DNA of 49,713 nt, from assembly GCA_026647295.1 (NCBI GenBank), contig JAPKHB010000001.1, forward strand, positions 1-49,713, written 5' to 3'. Below the pieces are notes generated by a model, which worked only from the letters and a program-made list of their open reading frames with translations, made no database searches and was not told the DNA's origin. The DNA is from Planctomycetota bacterium. GTDB taxonomy: Bacteria; Planctomycetota; PLA2; JAEUHO01. Positions 8,631 through 18,023 of this stretch are shown one piece after another. Within the stretch, counting starts at the first letter, position 1. The number at the start of each line of letters is the position of its first letter. The position numbers were made by a program, and so were the translations under genes.

Positions 8631-8729
8631 TGGCGGGAGAGCAAGGGAATCGAACCCTCCTGTCCCAGGTTGCCCAGGGACACAGCGGTTTTGAAGACCG
8701 TGGGGGGCACCAGCCCGCCATCCTCTCCC
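8631..8729 (-). tRNA. selC: tRNA-Sec (selenocysteine), anticodon UCA
   Basis: The reverse complement reads GGGAGAGGAUGGCGGGCUGGUGCCCCCCACGGUCUUCAAAACCGCUGUGUCCCUGGGCAACCUGGGACAGGAGGGUUCGAUUCCCUUGCUCUCCCGCCA (99 nt). It has a 7-bp acceptor stem plus a G:G eighth position. The D stem is long (6-7 bp) with a 4-nt loop UGGU. The anticodon loop is CUUCAAA, identical to the E. coli selC loop as I recall it. There is a ~8-bp variable arm, a GGUUCGAUUCC T-loop, discriminator G and encoded CCA. Confidence 0.85.
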
Positions 8730-8925
8730 GCGCGAGAGGAAGGAGGGGATGCTACGCCGGCGAGCAGCGCCCGGCCACCGGGGGACCGGCGGGCGCGGGG
8801 CTTCGGTCCCCGCGGGCCCCTGGCGCCGCCCCGGCGAGCGCTGGCCGGCGTGGCCGGGCGGGTGCGCGCGGCTGGTCGCGCGGCAGGCGCTGGTGCAGGG
8901 GAGGGACGGTGGCAGGCTGGGACGG

Positions 8926-9918
8926 ATGAGCGACGGCGACAAGGCGGTCTCCCGGCGCACGTTGATCCGCGGGGCGGTCGCCGGCGCCGCGATCCTGGCC
9001 ACCGGCCTGGGCGCCCGGGCCGAGGAGCCGGCGGTTGGGGCCCCCGGAAAGGAGCCCGAACCCGCGCCCAAGCCTCCGCCCCGGCCGCCCCGGATGCCGG
9101 TCGCCTTCGTGGGGCACGGCTCGCCGATGCTCGCGCTGGACGCGGTGCGGGGCCGGGAGTTTCACGCCTGGGCCGAATCCATGGGCCGGCCGGTCGCGGT
9201 GCTGGTCGTCAGCGCCCACTACGAACGCCGCCCGGTCACCCTCGGGGCCACGCGCACGCTCCCGCTGATCTACGACTTCCGCGGCTTCCCGCCGGCGCTC
9301 TACCAGGTGCGCTACGCCCCGCCGGGGGCTCCCCGCCTCGCCCGGCGCGTCGCGCAGGCGCTCGCCCCGCTGGGGCCCGTGGCCGAGCAACCGGACCGCG
9401 GGCTGGACCACGGCGCCTGGGTCCCGCTCAAGTGGATGTACCCCGGGGCCGACGTGCCCGTGCTGCCCGTCTCCCTGCCCAGCCACGACCCCCGCGCGCT
9501 GCTTGCGTTGGGCCGCGCCCTCGGGCCGCTGCGGGACGAGGGCGTCTTGATCCTGGGCAGCGGGAGCCTCACGCACAACCTGCGGCGCCTGGACGGCCGG
9601 CCGGGCGCGCCGACGCCGGCCTGGGCCGCGGACTTCGACGCGTGGGTGAGCGACGTGCTCGCGCGCCGCGCGGTGGACGAGCTGCTGGACTGGGAACAGA
9701 GGGCCCCCGCCGCGCGCACCAACCACCCCACCGTCGAACACTTCGTCCCGTTGATCCTCGCCGAGGGCGCGCGGCGCACCGACGACGCGGCCGCGTTCCC
9801 CATCACCGGCTTTGACGCGGCGTCCATCTCCCGGCGCTGCGTCACGTTCGCCCCCCCGGCGCCTCCCGCACGCCCGGCGCCCCCGGCGGCCCCGGCGGCC
9901 CCCGTCCGGCCCGGCTAG
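8926..9918 (+). CDS. class III extradiol dioxygenase (LigB / 4,5-DOPA dioxygenase YgiD-like) with Tat signal
   Basis: ATG 8926 within ORF 8749-9918. Twin-arginine signal SRRTLIRGAVAGAAILATGLGARA. The core MPVAFVGHGSPMLAL...VVSAHY...DHGAWVPL...GSGSLTHNL is typical of the family. Confidence 0.8.
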   Translation: MSDGDKAVSRRTLIRGAVAGAAILATGLGARAEEPAVGAPGKEPEPAPKPPPRPPRMPVAFVGHGSPMLALDAVRGREFHAWAESMGRPVAVLVVSAHYERRPVTLGATRTLPLIYDFRGFPPALYQVRYAPPGAPRLARRVAQALAPLGPVAEQPDRGLDHGAWVPLKWMYPGADVPVLPVSLPSHDPRALLALGRALGPLRDEGVLILGSGSLTHNLRRLDGRPGAPTPAWAADFDAWVSDVLARRAVDELLDWEQRAPAARTNHPTVEHFVPLILAEGARRTDDAAAFPITGFDAASISRRCVTFAPPAPPARPAPPAAPAAPVRPG

Positions 9919-9949
9919 GGCGCGCGGCCCCGCCCCGGGGGAGCCCGGG

Positions 9950-12900
9950 CTACGGGCCGCCGACCCGGTGGCGCGTCTTGGCCGGAGGCGGGATGCGCCG
10001 CGCGATCAGGTCGCGGGCCCAGGCCGAGGCCGCCGCGCCCAGCGCCTCGGGGGCCATGCCAAAGCGGCGTTCGAAGCTGCCGTCCTTGGCGAGGGCCTTT
10101 CCGGTGTAGACCTCCCGGACGTGCTCCATCAGGGCGGCGCGCGTCTGCTCGCCTGCGTGGAAGAGGTAGGCGCACAGCAGGGCCGACTGCTCGTAGAAGA
10201 GGTGCAGGGGGGTGGGCTGGCGGACGGCGAGCAGTTCCCAGGTGGAGGGGATCTCGGCGACCGGTTTGCGCGAAAGGCCGTGGAAGTCCGCGCCCGAGGC
10301 GTCGACGACCGACGCCCAGGGCAGCAGGACGGACGCGGGGGCGTTGGCCACCACGTCCAGGTGGTCGCTGCGCAGGTTGAAGGTGTCGTAGACGCCCGGA
10401 CCGGGCTCGAAGATCCAACTCTCGACGAAGGTGGCGAGGCCCTCGACGAGCCACAGGGCCCGCGGGCCGGAGGTCAGGGCGGCCTGGGCCTCGCGCTCGG
10501 CGTACAGCGGGCAGCGGACCTGGAACCAGTGATGGGCCAGTTCGTGGGCGTAGGTGGCCAGGAGGCGCTCGTCGGGATCCTCGCCCTCGGGCAGCCAGAT
10601 GCGCGTGAGGTTGGCCTGCACGTCGTAGTGCCCCGCCGACCACTCGCGCGCCCCGTGGGGGTCGGCGCCCGGGAGGGCCAGGCCCTGGTACTCCTTGCGC
10701 GACTCGAAGAGCTGGAGCAGGAGCGGCCAACGGCTCTCCCGGCGGCGCTCCGGGCCGGTGAAGGTCTCGTCCAGCGCGCTGCAGACCAGTTCCCCCAGCG
10801 AGAGGCACGCGGCCAACGCCCGGGGCTGCCGGGCGGGCGTGATGATCATGAGGCGCGGGCTCTTGAGGCCCAGGAGGTCGGGGCGCCAGTAGTGCAGCGC
10901 GGCCCCCAGCTCGCGCTGGGCGGGCGAGAGGTCCGGCGCCTCGCCCTGGGGCGGCGTCACCTGCTCGATGGGGATCCCGGAGAAGGTGGTATGGACGTCG
11001 AGCCACTCCCGCGGGTCGAACGGTTCGCCCGGGTCGATGTAGGCGGGGATGGACGCCCGCACCATCTCGCGGGCGATCGGGTGGTTGGGGTCGCGGGCCA
11101 GGGCGTCCAGGAGGAAGAACCGCCGCACCGCAGGCTCGGCCGCCGCGAGCCCGCTCTCCAGGCCCCGGCGCACGATCGGCGCCGCGTCCCGGTCGAATCC
11201 GGCGAGCGCCTCCTCCAGTTCGCGCTGGCGCTCGGCCGGGACCGGCTTGCGGCCGCCAAAGGGCAGCGTGCCCAGGCGCTTTTGGAGCGCCGCGAGGCGC
11301 TTGGCCTCGGCCCCGGCGCGGCGGGCCGCGGCCAGGACGCGCTCCAGCGCCTCGGCGTTGCTCCAGGCCTGCACCTTCGTGGCCAGCGCCAGCAGGGCGG
11401 CGCCCTGCTCCAGGCGCGCCAGGCGCGCGAGCGCGCCGGCCGTGCCCGCCAGGGTCGACGTGTAGAGGAGTTCGCCCCCCGGCTCGGTGACGACCGCGAC
11501 CGCGGCGAGCGGAACGCGCGTCTCCTTGCGCCCCTGGGTGAGGACGAGGGCGCCGCCGGCCGGATCCAGCGCGGCGCCCTTGGTGAGCACGGTGCCGTCG
11601 TGGAGCAGGGCCCGGAGGGGCTCGATCCGGGCGGCCTCGCCGCCCGCCCGCGCGGCCTCCTGGGCGCGCCCGAAGAACTGCGGCCCGTGGCGCGGCCGCC
11701 CCGCCTCCCGCCAGCAGGTGAGCGACCCCTCCTCGTCGGCGGTGAGGAGGCACTCGTGGCCGGGGATGGTGATCAGGGCCTCGATCCGGGGGACGGCGGC
11801 GTCGAGCAGGCGGTGGCGTGGCAGGGAGACGCCCGTGCCCCCGATCCAGAAGGCGTCGGGGCAGGCCGCGGGCAGGAGGGTCGGGGTGAGGAGTTCGGGG
11901 CGGCGCTTCGGGGTCGCGAGCGTCTGGTAGCGCAGTTCGGGGGGCCGGTACGCCTTGAGGAGGTCCAGGCTCTGCCCGTGCGGCCCCTGCCGCCGGACCA
12001 CCAGGCCGCTGCCGACCCGGGCACCCGGGGCGAGGTGGTCGAACAGGCCGGCACTTACGGACGGGTACGAGGAGTCGGGTGCGTGCCAGATCGCGGTGCG
12101 CAGCGAGACCCCCGGCCGGGCCGCGACCACCGGAGCGCCGTGGTCCACGACGATCAGGTGGTCGAAGGCGCTCACGCGCGACTCGGCCGCCTCGGCGGGC
12201 GGGCGCCCGGTGCCGTGGTGCCCGACGAGGTCCGTGAGGTGCAGGCCGTGCGCCAGGTCGTCCGTCCGCAGGTAGCAGTTCCCTGCCGCGTCGTAGGTCA
12301 GCCCGTACACGGCCTCGCCAGTGGCCGCCTGGTGGCCGTACACGCGCACGCCGAGTGCCACGGGCGGCCCGACGCGCAGCACGTTGGACCACTCCATCAA
12401 CCCCTTGACGCGCGTGACGACGTAGGGCCAGGCGAGCAGCGCGGGATCGTCGGCGTCGTGGGGCACGGGGCCCCAGGCGACGTGCCAGCGCCCGGCGACC
12501 AGTTGCACCAGCGCCACCTCGGTGCGCGAAACCGGCGCGAGGACGAGGTCCTCCCACACCGCCGGCTCCCAGCGGGTGACCCCCGGCAGCGGGAAGGGGG
12601 GACCGAGCGGCTCGGCGTCCTCCAGGCGCAGCGCGTGGATCGCGAGGCTTCCGTCCACCGCGCGCGTCTGGACGTAGAGGCGGTCGTGCCAGAGCAGCGG
12701 CTCGCCGTCCAGGCGACCCGAGAGCGGCGCCGCCCCGGCGGCGAGCCGCCAGGCCGGCTCGAGCGCCCCGGTCACCGACGGCGTCTGGACCGCGCGCGTG
12801 CGCGCCGGGCAGGCCCCGCGCATCGTCCAGCAGCCGGACGGGGCGGCCAGGAAGGCGCCATCCGTGGGCCCGGCCTCCTTGGGCTCGGCCTGTTGCTCCC

Positions 12901-12994
12901 CGGCCTTGGGCTCCTCGGCCAAGCCCGGAGCCACGCCCCCCAGCCCCAGCAGGAGGACCAGCCCGACCCCACGAAGTGCACGACCACCGCCCAT
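9950..12994 (-). CDS. large secreted protein with C-terminal HExxH zinc-metallopeptidase-like domain
   Basis: Internal ATG 12994 (MGGGRALRGVGLVLLLGLGGVAPGLAEE signal peptide) within ORF 9950-13402. HELAHHW motif near the C-terminus. The upstream 136 codons of the ORF are Arg/Pro-rich junk. Confidence 0.7.
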   Translation of the reverse strand: MGGGRALRGVGLVLLLGLGGVAPGLAEEPKAGEQQAEPKEAGPTDGAFLAAPSGCWTMRGACPARTRAVQTPSVTGALEPAWRLAAGAAPLSGRLDGEPLLWHDRLYVQTRAVDGSLAIHALRLEDAEPLGPPFPLPGVTRWEPAVWEDLVLAPVSRTEVALVQLVAGRWHVAWGPVPHDADDPALLAWPYVVTRVKGLMEWSNVLRVGPPVALGVRVYGHQAATGEAVYGLTYDAAGNCYLRTDDLAHGLHLTDLVGHHGTGRPPAEAAESRVSAFDHLIVVDHGAPVVAARPGVSLRTAIWHAPDSSYPSVSAGLFDHLAPGARVGSGLVVRRQGPHGQSLDLLKAYRPPELRYQTLATPKRRPELLTPTLLPAACPDAFWIGGTGVSLPRHRLLDAAVPRIEALITIPGHECLLTADEEGSLTCWREAGRPRHGPQFFGRAQEAARAGGEAARIEPLRALLHDGTVLTKGAALDPAGGALVLTQGRKETRVPLAAVAVVTEPGGELLYTSTLAGTAGALARLARLEQGAALLALATKVQAWSNAEALERVLAAARRAGAEAKRLAALQKRLGTLPFGGRKPVPAERQRELEEALAGFDRDAAPIVRRGLESGLAAAEPAVRRFFLLDALARDPNHPIAREMVRASIPAYIDPGEPFDPREWLDVHTTFSGIPIEQVTPPQGEAPDLSPAQRELGAALHYWRPDLLGLKSPRLMIITPARQPRALAACLSLGELVCSALDETFTGPERRRESRWPLLLQLFESRKEYQGLALPGADPHGAREWSAGHYDVQANLTRIWLPEGEDPDERLLATYAHELAHHWFQVRCPLYAEREAQAALTSGPRALWLVEGLATFVESWIFEPGPGVYDTFNLRSDHLDVVANAPASVLLPWASVVDASGADFHGLSRKPVAEIPSTWELLAVRQPTPLHLFYEQSALLCAYLFHAGEQTRAALMEHVREVYTGKALAKDGSFERRFGMAPEALGAAASAWARDLIARRIPPPAKTRHRVGGP

Positions 12995-13028
12995 GGCGCC
13001 CCAGCCTAAAGGACGCGGCGGGCGTCGT

Positions 13029-13715
13029 TCAAGCCAGGGTGGACGCCGGCCCAAGGGCGGGCGGGCGCCGCGGCGCCGCGCCCGCCCGGCGCGCCGCCAC
13101 GGCGGACAGCCAGGCGAGGACGTCGCTGCCGTCGCCCCCGGGGTCGCAGGCGCACACCCGTCCCTCGCGCACGCCCCGATCCAGCACCGGGGAGCCCACG
13201 GCCTGGAGGTAGGTGAAGGCGGCGTCGTCCAGGTAGTACCAGTCCTCGTGGATGTCGATGAAGCGGGCGCGCTGCAGCGGGTCCGCAACGAGTCGGGTCG
13301 TGGCGCCAAACCAGGCCGCGTCGCGAATCGTGCCGCGGCACAGTTGCAGGACGACGTCGTGTGCCGCGCCGATGCGCGCGGCGCTCGCGAGGATCTCGCC
13401 AAACAGCACCGCGTCGCTCACGCACACCAGGCGCTCGAAGCCCGCGCGCCGCACGGCCGCTTCGAAACGGCCGGCGGCCAGCGCGGGCTTGGCCGCCCCG
13501 AACGTGGGCCGCACCAGCGTGCCGTCGATGTCGAAGTAGAGCACGGCCGGGCGGGCCGGGGCCGCCGGGGACCCCAGGCCGACGAGGGGATCGGGCCGGG
13601 GCCGGTAGGCGCGGCGCACGACCAGGCGGTCCAGCGCCGGCGGGTCGAGTACGGCCCGGGCCGGTGACGCCGGCGGCCAGACGGGGGATCCGAGGGGGAC
13701 GCGGGAACCGGACAT
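13029..13715 (-). CDS. HAD-superfamily hydrolase-like protein
   Basis: ATG 13715 is preceded by GGAGG. Contains the DxDxT motif LYFDIDGTLV. Lies 35 bp upstream of the metalloprotease gene on the same strand. Confidence 0.6.
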   Translation of the reverse strand: MSGSRVPLGSPVWPPASPARAVLDPPALDRLVVRRAYRPRPDPLVGLGSPAAPARPAVLYFDIDGTLVRPTFGAAKPALAAGRFEAAVRRAGFERLVCVSDAVLFGEILASAARIGAAHDVVLQLCRGTIRDAAWFGATTRLVADPLQRARFIDIHEDWYYLDDAAFTYLQAVGSPVLDRGVREGRVCACDPGGDGSDVLAWLSAVAARRAGAAPRRPPALGPASTLA

Positions 13716-13927
13716 GGGCACCTCCGACCAGGTGGGCCCGTCGTCGCAAGGTGCGTGCCGTGGCGCCGGGCGCCTGCAACCGGCCGCGGCGGGCCGCGCC
13801 GCCGGCCCGCTGGCTCGAAACTCCACGGGGCGTGCAATTCCTGCCCGGGCCCCCGCCGCGCGCGGGCCCCCCCGAGCGCCGACCCGACCGACCTAACCGG
13901 GGCCTGGGACGCGCTACACTCGCCGAC

Positions 13928-14758
13928 ATGAAGTGCCCGACGCTCCTCTTCCTCGCCCTGCCGCTCGCCGCGGCGTTTGCCGGACTGCTGGGCTGCCAGA
14001 GCAACGAAGTGACCGGCCGCGAGCAACTCCTCCTCTTCAGCGACGCGCGGATGGTCGAGTTGGGCCAGGCCGCCTACGCCGAGATGACGGGGCCGGGCTC
14101 GCCGGCCCGGATCGTGACCGACCCGGCCTTCATTCGCCCGCTGGAAGAGGTCGGCCAGGCCATCGCACGCGCGGCCAACCGCCCGGACTTCGCGTGGGAG
14201 TTCCGGCTGATCGACGACCCCGCGACCGCGAACGCGTGGGCCCTCCCGGGGGGCAAGATCGCCTTCTACACGGGCATCTACCCGATCCTTCAGGATCGCA
14301 ACGGGATGGCGATCGTGATGGGGCACGAGGTGATGCACGCCCTCCTCCAGCACGGCAACGAGCGCATGAGCCAGGCGACCGTGGGCGAGTTGGCGCGGGT
14401 GGCCGCGGACGCGGCGCTGCGCGACGCGCGCTACCGCGGAGAGATCCTGGGCGCGCTGGGACTCGGCGCCCAGGTGGGCGTCTTGCTGCCCTACAGCCGC
14501 CGGCACGAGAGCGAGGCCGACGAACAGGGGCTGTACCTGGCCGCGCGCGCCGGCTTCGACCCCGACGCGGCGATCGGCGTGTGGGAACGCATGGCGGCGC
14601 TCTCCGGGGAGCGCCCCCCCGAGTTCCTCTCGACCCACCCCGACCCGCGCCGGCGCATCGAGGACATGCGCCGGTGGCTCCCGCGCGCCCGGGAGATCTA
14701 CGCCCAGTCGGTGCGCCAGCCCAACGCGCCGCTTCCCGCGGTCGCGCGCCCGCGCTGA
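13928..14758 (+). CDS. M48-family zinc metallopeptidase lipoprotein
   Basis: Lipobox LLGC after MKCPTLLFLALPLAAAFAG. Also HEVMHAL (HExxH), downstream ESEADEQG and STHP motifs. Confidence 0.85.
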   Translation: MKCPTLLFLALPLAAAFAGLLGCQSNEVTGREQLLLFSDARMVELGQAAYAEMTGPGSPARIVTDPAFIRPLEEVGQAIARAANRPDFAWEFRLIDDPATANAWALPGGKIAFYTGIYPILQDRNGMAIVMGHEVMHALLQHGNERMSQATVGELARVAADAALRDARYRGEILGALGLGAQVGVLLPYSRRHESEADEQGLYLAARAGFDPDAAIGVWERMAALSGERPPEFLSTHPDPRRRIEDMRRWLPRAREIYAQSVRQPNAPLPAVARPR

Positions 14759-14872
14759 CGCTCGGCCGACCCCGGCCCGGACCGGCGCGGCCCCGCCTGC
14801 GTGCATCGGGCGGGGCCGGCCGCGCGGAAGGCGGCCCTGCGGCCCCGGCGTCCAACCGGCCGGAGGTCTCCC

Positions 14873-16354
14873 ATGAGCGTGTTGTCCCCGGTCGATCTCG
14901 CGTGCGCGTGCGGCACCCCGGTCCGCGTCGTCCTGGCCCGCAGCGTGAACGCCCCGCGCGCCCCCGCCCTGGTCGAGGCCGCGCGCACGGGGCGCCTGCA
15001 CCGCACCGCGTGCCCGGCCTGCGCCACGGCGCTGCGGGTCGAGCGCCGGCTGCTGTGGCTCGACGCGCCCTGCGGCCGGCTCTGGCTCGTGTTGCCCCCC
15101 GCCGCCCGCGGCGAGGCGCCCGGCGCGCTCGACGCGCTGGACCGGGCGCTTGGCGCGCCGGAGGTGGCGGGCCTCTTCGGGGGCGTCGCGCCGGGCGTCC
15201 TGATCGGGTTGGCGGGCCTTGGCGCCTGGCTTCGCGCCCGGGCGCGCGCGCCCGGGGCGCCCGCCCGCGCGCCCGGGGCCGCGGCGCGGCGCCCGCAGCA
15301 CCGCGAGACGGCGCAGCTGGCCGCGCTCGCCGCAGCGGTGCGCCGGGGCACGCCCCTGGACGTGGCCGCGCCCGCGTGGCACCGGATGCTCGCGGGGCTG
15401 CCCCGCGGCGCACACCTGGACGCGGCGTCGCGCCGCCACCTGGCGGCCCTCTTCCACCACCTGGGGGCGCGCGGGCTCGAACGCGAGGAGGCGCGCCTCC
15501 TCGAGGTGCGCTTCGCCGTCACGTTGGACGAGGACTGGGTGCGCAACGCCCTGCGCGGCGACCTGCCGCGGCTGTGGGCGATGCTCGAGGCCCTGCCCGA
15601 CGAGCACGTGGAGGAGAACGCCTGGCTGACCTCCATCGAACTCGAGCCCGACGCCGCGGGCGGGTGGTACGACCCGCAGGAGCGCGAGATCGGCATCGGC
15701 GCCGACGAACTGTCCGATCCGACGCGCTTCGGGGCGGTCCTGCGCCACGAGGTCGGCCACGCCGTGCACGAAGGGCGGCTGGGCGCGGTGGACCGCTGGC
15801 TCGAGGCGCGCTTTGGCTGGCGCACGCACGGGCTCTCGGATCCGGAGATCGACGCCTGGGTGCACGCGATGGGCGGCTTTGGCGAAAGCAGCGTCGAAGA
15901 ACGCCGTGACGTGCGCCGGGCCGTGCGCGAGGCGGTCGGGCCGGCCGGGCGCTGGGCGCTCGGCCCCGGGCCGCGCCTGCCGGCGCACCATCCGTGGAAC
16001 CGCCCGGACTTCGGCCCCCGGCTCGCGCTCGAGCGCACCGGCTCCCCGTGGTGGGAGGCGCGGGCGGGCTGGCACCGCGTGGGGCCGCGGGCCTTCTTCG
16101 CCAACCCCTGGTACGCGACGCTGATCGAGGTCGACGCGGCGGCCTTGGACCTCATCGAGCGCATGCCCGACGGCTACGCGGCGATGTCGCACTTCGAGTT
16201 CTTCGCCGAGCTGTACGCCATGCACCGGGACCCCGCCAACCCCCGGCGCCGGGGCCTGCCCCGGGACGTCGCCCGCTGGCTGTCGCGGGAACTCGGCCCC
16301 GCAGAGCCCGGCGCGCCGCGCCGGCCGCACGAGGAGATCCGGCGCCCGGCGTGA
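14873..16354 (+). CDS. hypothetical protein with N-terminal Cys4 (CpXC-like) zinc ribbon and HExxH motif
   Basis: ATG 14873 is preceded by GGAGG (14862-14866). CACG...CPAC near the N-terminus. HEVGHAVHEG in the C-terminal half. Confidence 0.6.
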   Translation: MSVLSPVDLACACGTPVRVVLARSVNAPRAPALVEAARTGRLHRTACPACATALRVERRLLWLDAPCGRLWLVLPPAARGEAPGALDALDRALGAPEVAGLFGGVAPGVLIGLAGLGAWLRARARAPGAPARAPGAAARRPQHRETAQLAALAAAVRRGTPLDVAAPAWHRMLAGLPRGAHLDAASRRHLAALFHHLGARGLEREEARLLEVRFAVTLDEDWVRNALRGDLPRLWAMLEALPDEHVEENAWLTSIELEPDAAGGWYDPQEREIGIGADELSDPTRFGAVLRHEVGHAVHEGRLGAVDRWLEARFGWRTHGLSDPEIDAWVHAMGGFGESSVEERRDVRRAVREAVGPAGRWALGPGPRLPAHHPWNRPDFGPRLALERTGSPWWEARAGWHRVGPRAFFANPWYATLIEVDAAALDLIERMPDGYAAMSHFEFFAELYAMHRDPANPRRRGLPRDVARWLSRELGPAEPGAPRRPHEEIRRPA

Positions 16355-16426
16355 GGCGGGGCCCGGCGCAAGCCGGGCGGCGCACGGCGCGGGCCGCGGG
16401 GCGCGCGCGGGTAGGATCGCCCGCCC

Positions 16427-17998
16427 ATGGCCTCCGCGCGCTTCCAACCCGGCCTGGCGCTGGCCACCCGCGCGCCCGAGAGCTCGCACGGCTTCGAGCG
16501 CGAACTCGACGCCTTCCTGCGCGAGCGCCTGCGCCTGCTCACGGCCGTGCTGGCCGGCGTCGGCCTGCTCATGTTCGCGGCCATGTTCCTCACCCGCGTG
16601 CACCACTTCGGGCTCGCGCGCGCGCTCACGTTCGTCGAGCTGTGGGTGATCCTGGGCGCGGTGGCCTGGACGGCGGGGCTGTCCCGGCTCGTACGCCGCC
16701 GGCCGCTGCGCGGGCGGGCGCTTCGGGCCGTGGACCTGGCGGCGCTGTGGATGCTGGTCGCCGCCTGCGCGGCCTTCTACGCGGCGGCCAACGACGGCGA
16801 GAACCGGCTGCTGATCCCGTTCCTGGGCCTCATGCTCGTGGCGCGCGCGCTGGTGGTCCCGAGCACGCCGTGGCACACGCTGCGCGTCTCGGCCGTGGCC
16901 GTGCCGGCGCTGCTCGCGGTGCAACTCGGCCTGGGGACCGTACACGCCAAGGGGCTCGGGCCCTACCCGACGGAGGTGTTCCCGACGCTGGTGATCTGGG
17001 ACCAGATCCTCCTCGGTCTCGGCGTGGGGCTGGCGACGCTCGCCTCGCGGGTGAACTTCGCGCTGCGCCGGCGCGCCTACGACGCGCTCAAGATCGACCG
17101 GTACGTGCTGGAGGAGAAGATCGGCGAGGGGGCGATGGGCGCCGTGTACCGCGCGCGCCACGCCCTGCTGCGCCGGCCCACGGCGATCAAGGTGATGCGG
17201 CCGGAGATCGCGGGCGAGCGCAGCCTCGAGCGCTTCGAGCGCGAGGTGCGGCTCACCAGCCGGCTCACGCACCCCAACACCATCGCGGTGTACGACTACG
17301 GCACGACGCCCGAGGGGCACTTCTACTACGCCATGGAACTCCTCGACGGCGCCGACCTGGCGCGCGTGGTGGACCGCACCGGGCCCCTGCCGCCCGGCCG
17401 CGTGATCCACCTCCTGATCCAGGCCGCCGGGGCGCTCGCGGAGGCCCACGCCCTGGGCCTCGTGCACCGGGACGTAAAGCCCAGCAACCTGATCCTCGCC
17501 CGCCAGGGGGGCCGCCACGACGTGCTCAAGGTGATGGACTTCGGCCTGGTGAAGGAGACGGAGGGCTCGGCCCGCACGCTCACGGGTGCCGGGGAGGTGT
17601 GCGGCTCGCCGGAGACCATCTCCCCCGAGGTGCTGCGCGGCGACGCGGTGACGCCCGCGGCCGACCTGTACGCGCTGGGCGCCGTCGGCTGCTTCCTGCT
17701 CACCGGAAAGCCGATCTTCGACGCGGACACGGTGCCGCTTCTCCTGGCGATGCACCTGGGGGCGCCGCCCATCCCGCCCCGCGCACGGGGCGTGGCCGCG
17801 CCGGCGGACCTGGAGGCGACGCTCCTGGCCTGCCTCGCCAAGGACCCGGCCGAGCGGCCCGCGGGCGCCGAGGCGCTCGCGCGTCGGCTCGCGGCCTGCG
17901 CCGACGCGGGCACCTGGGGCGAAGCGGAGGCCGTCGCCTGGTGGGCCGAACACGGCGCCGCGCTCGGGGCCATGGCGGGCGCCCCATCCCGGGAGTAG
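16427..17998 (+). CDS. membrane-anchored Ser/Thr protein kinase
   Basis: The N-terminal ~200 aa are hydrophobic helices. Kinase motifs: IGEGAMGAVY, AIKVM, HRDVKPSNLIL, DFGLVK. Confidence 0.9.
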   Translation: MASARFQPGLALATRAPESSHGFERELDAFLRERLRLLTAVLAGVGLLMFAAMFLTRVHHFGLARALTFVELWVILGAVAWTAGLSRLVRRRPLRGRALRAVDLAALWMLVAACAAFYAAANDGENRLLIPFLGLMLVARALVVPSTPWHTLRVSAVAVPALLAVQLGLGTVHAKGLGPYPTEVFPTLVIWDQILLGLGVGLATLASRVNFALRRRAYDALKIDRYVLEEKIGEGAMGAVYRARHALLRRPTAIKVMRPEIAGERSLERFEREVRLTSRLTHPNTIAVYDYGTTPEGHFYYAMELLDGADLARVVDRTGPLPPGRVIHLLIQAAGALAEAHALGLVHRDVKPSNLILARQGGRHDVLKVMDFGLVKETEGSARTLTGAGEVCGSPETISPEVLRGDAVTPAADLYALGAVGCFLLTGKPIFDADTVPLLLAMHLGAPPIPPRARGVAAPADLEATLLACLAKDPAERPAGAEALARRLAACADAGTWGEAEAVAWWAEHGAALGAMAGAPSRE

Positions 17999-18023
17999 CA
18001 TCCAGCCTTCCGGAGGTTCCGCC

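Noticed and set aside
8749-8925. N-terminal extensions offered by the ORF track: 8749 for the dioxygenase, 13402 for the metalloprotease, 13826 for HAD, 26508 for DUF1800, 26591 for pepM, 43453 for ALDH, and others.
   Set aside because: The extensions are Arg/Pro/Gly-rich. The internal ATG/GTG starts carry GGAGG-type ribosome-binding sites and immediately give signal peptides or conserved N-termini.
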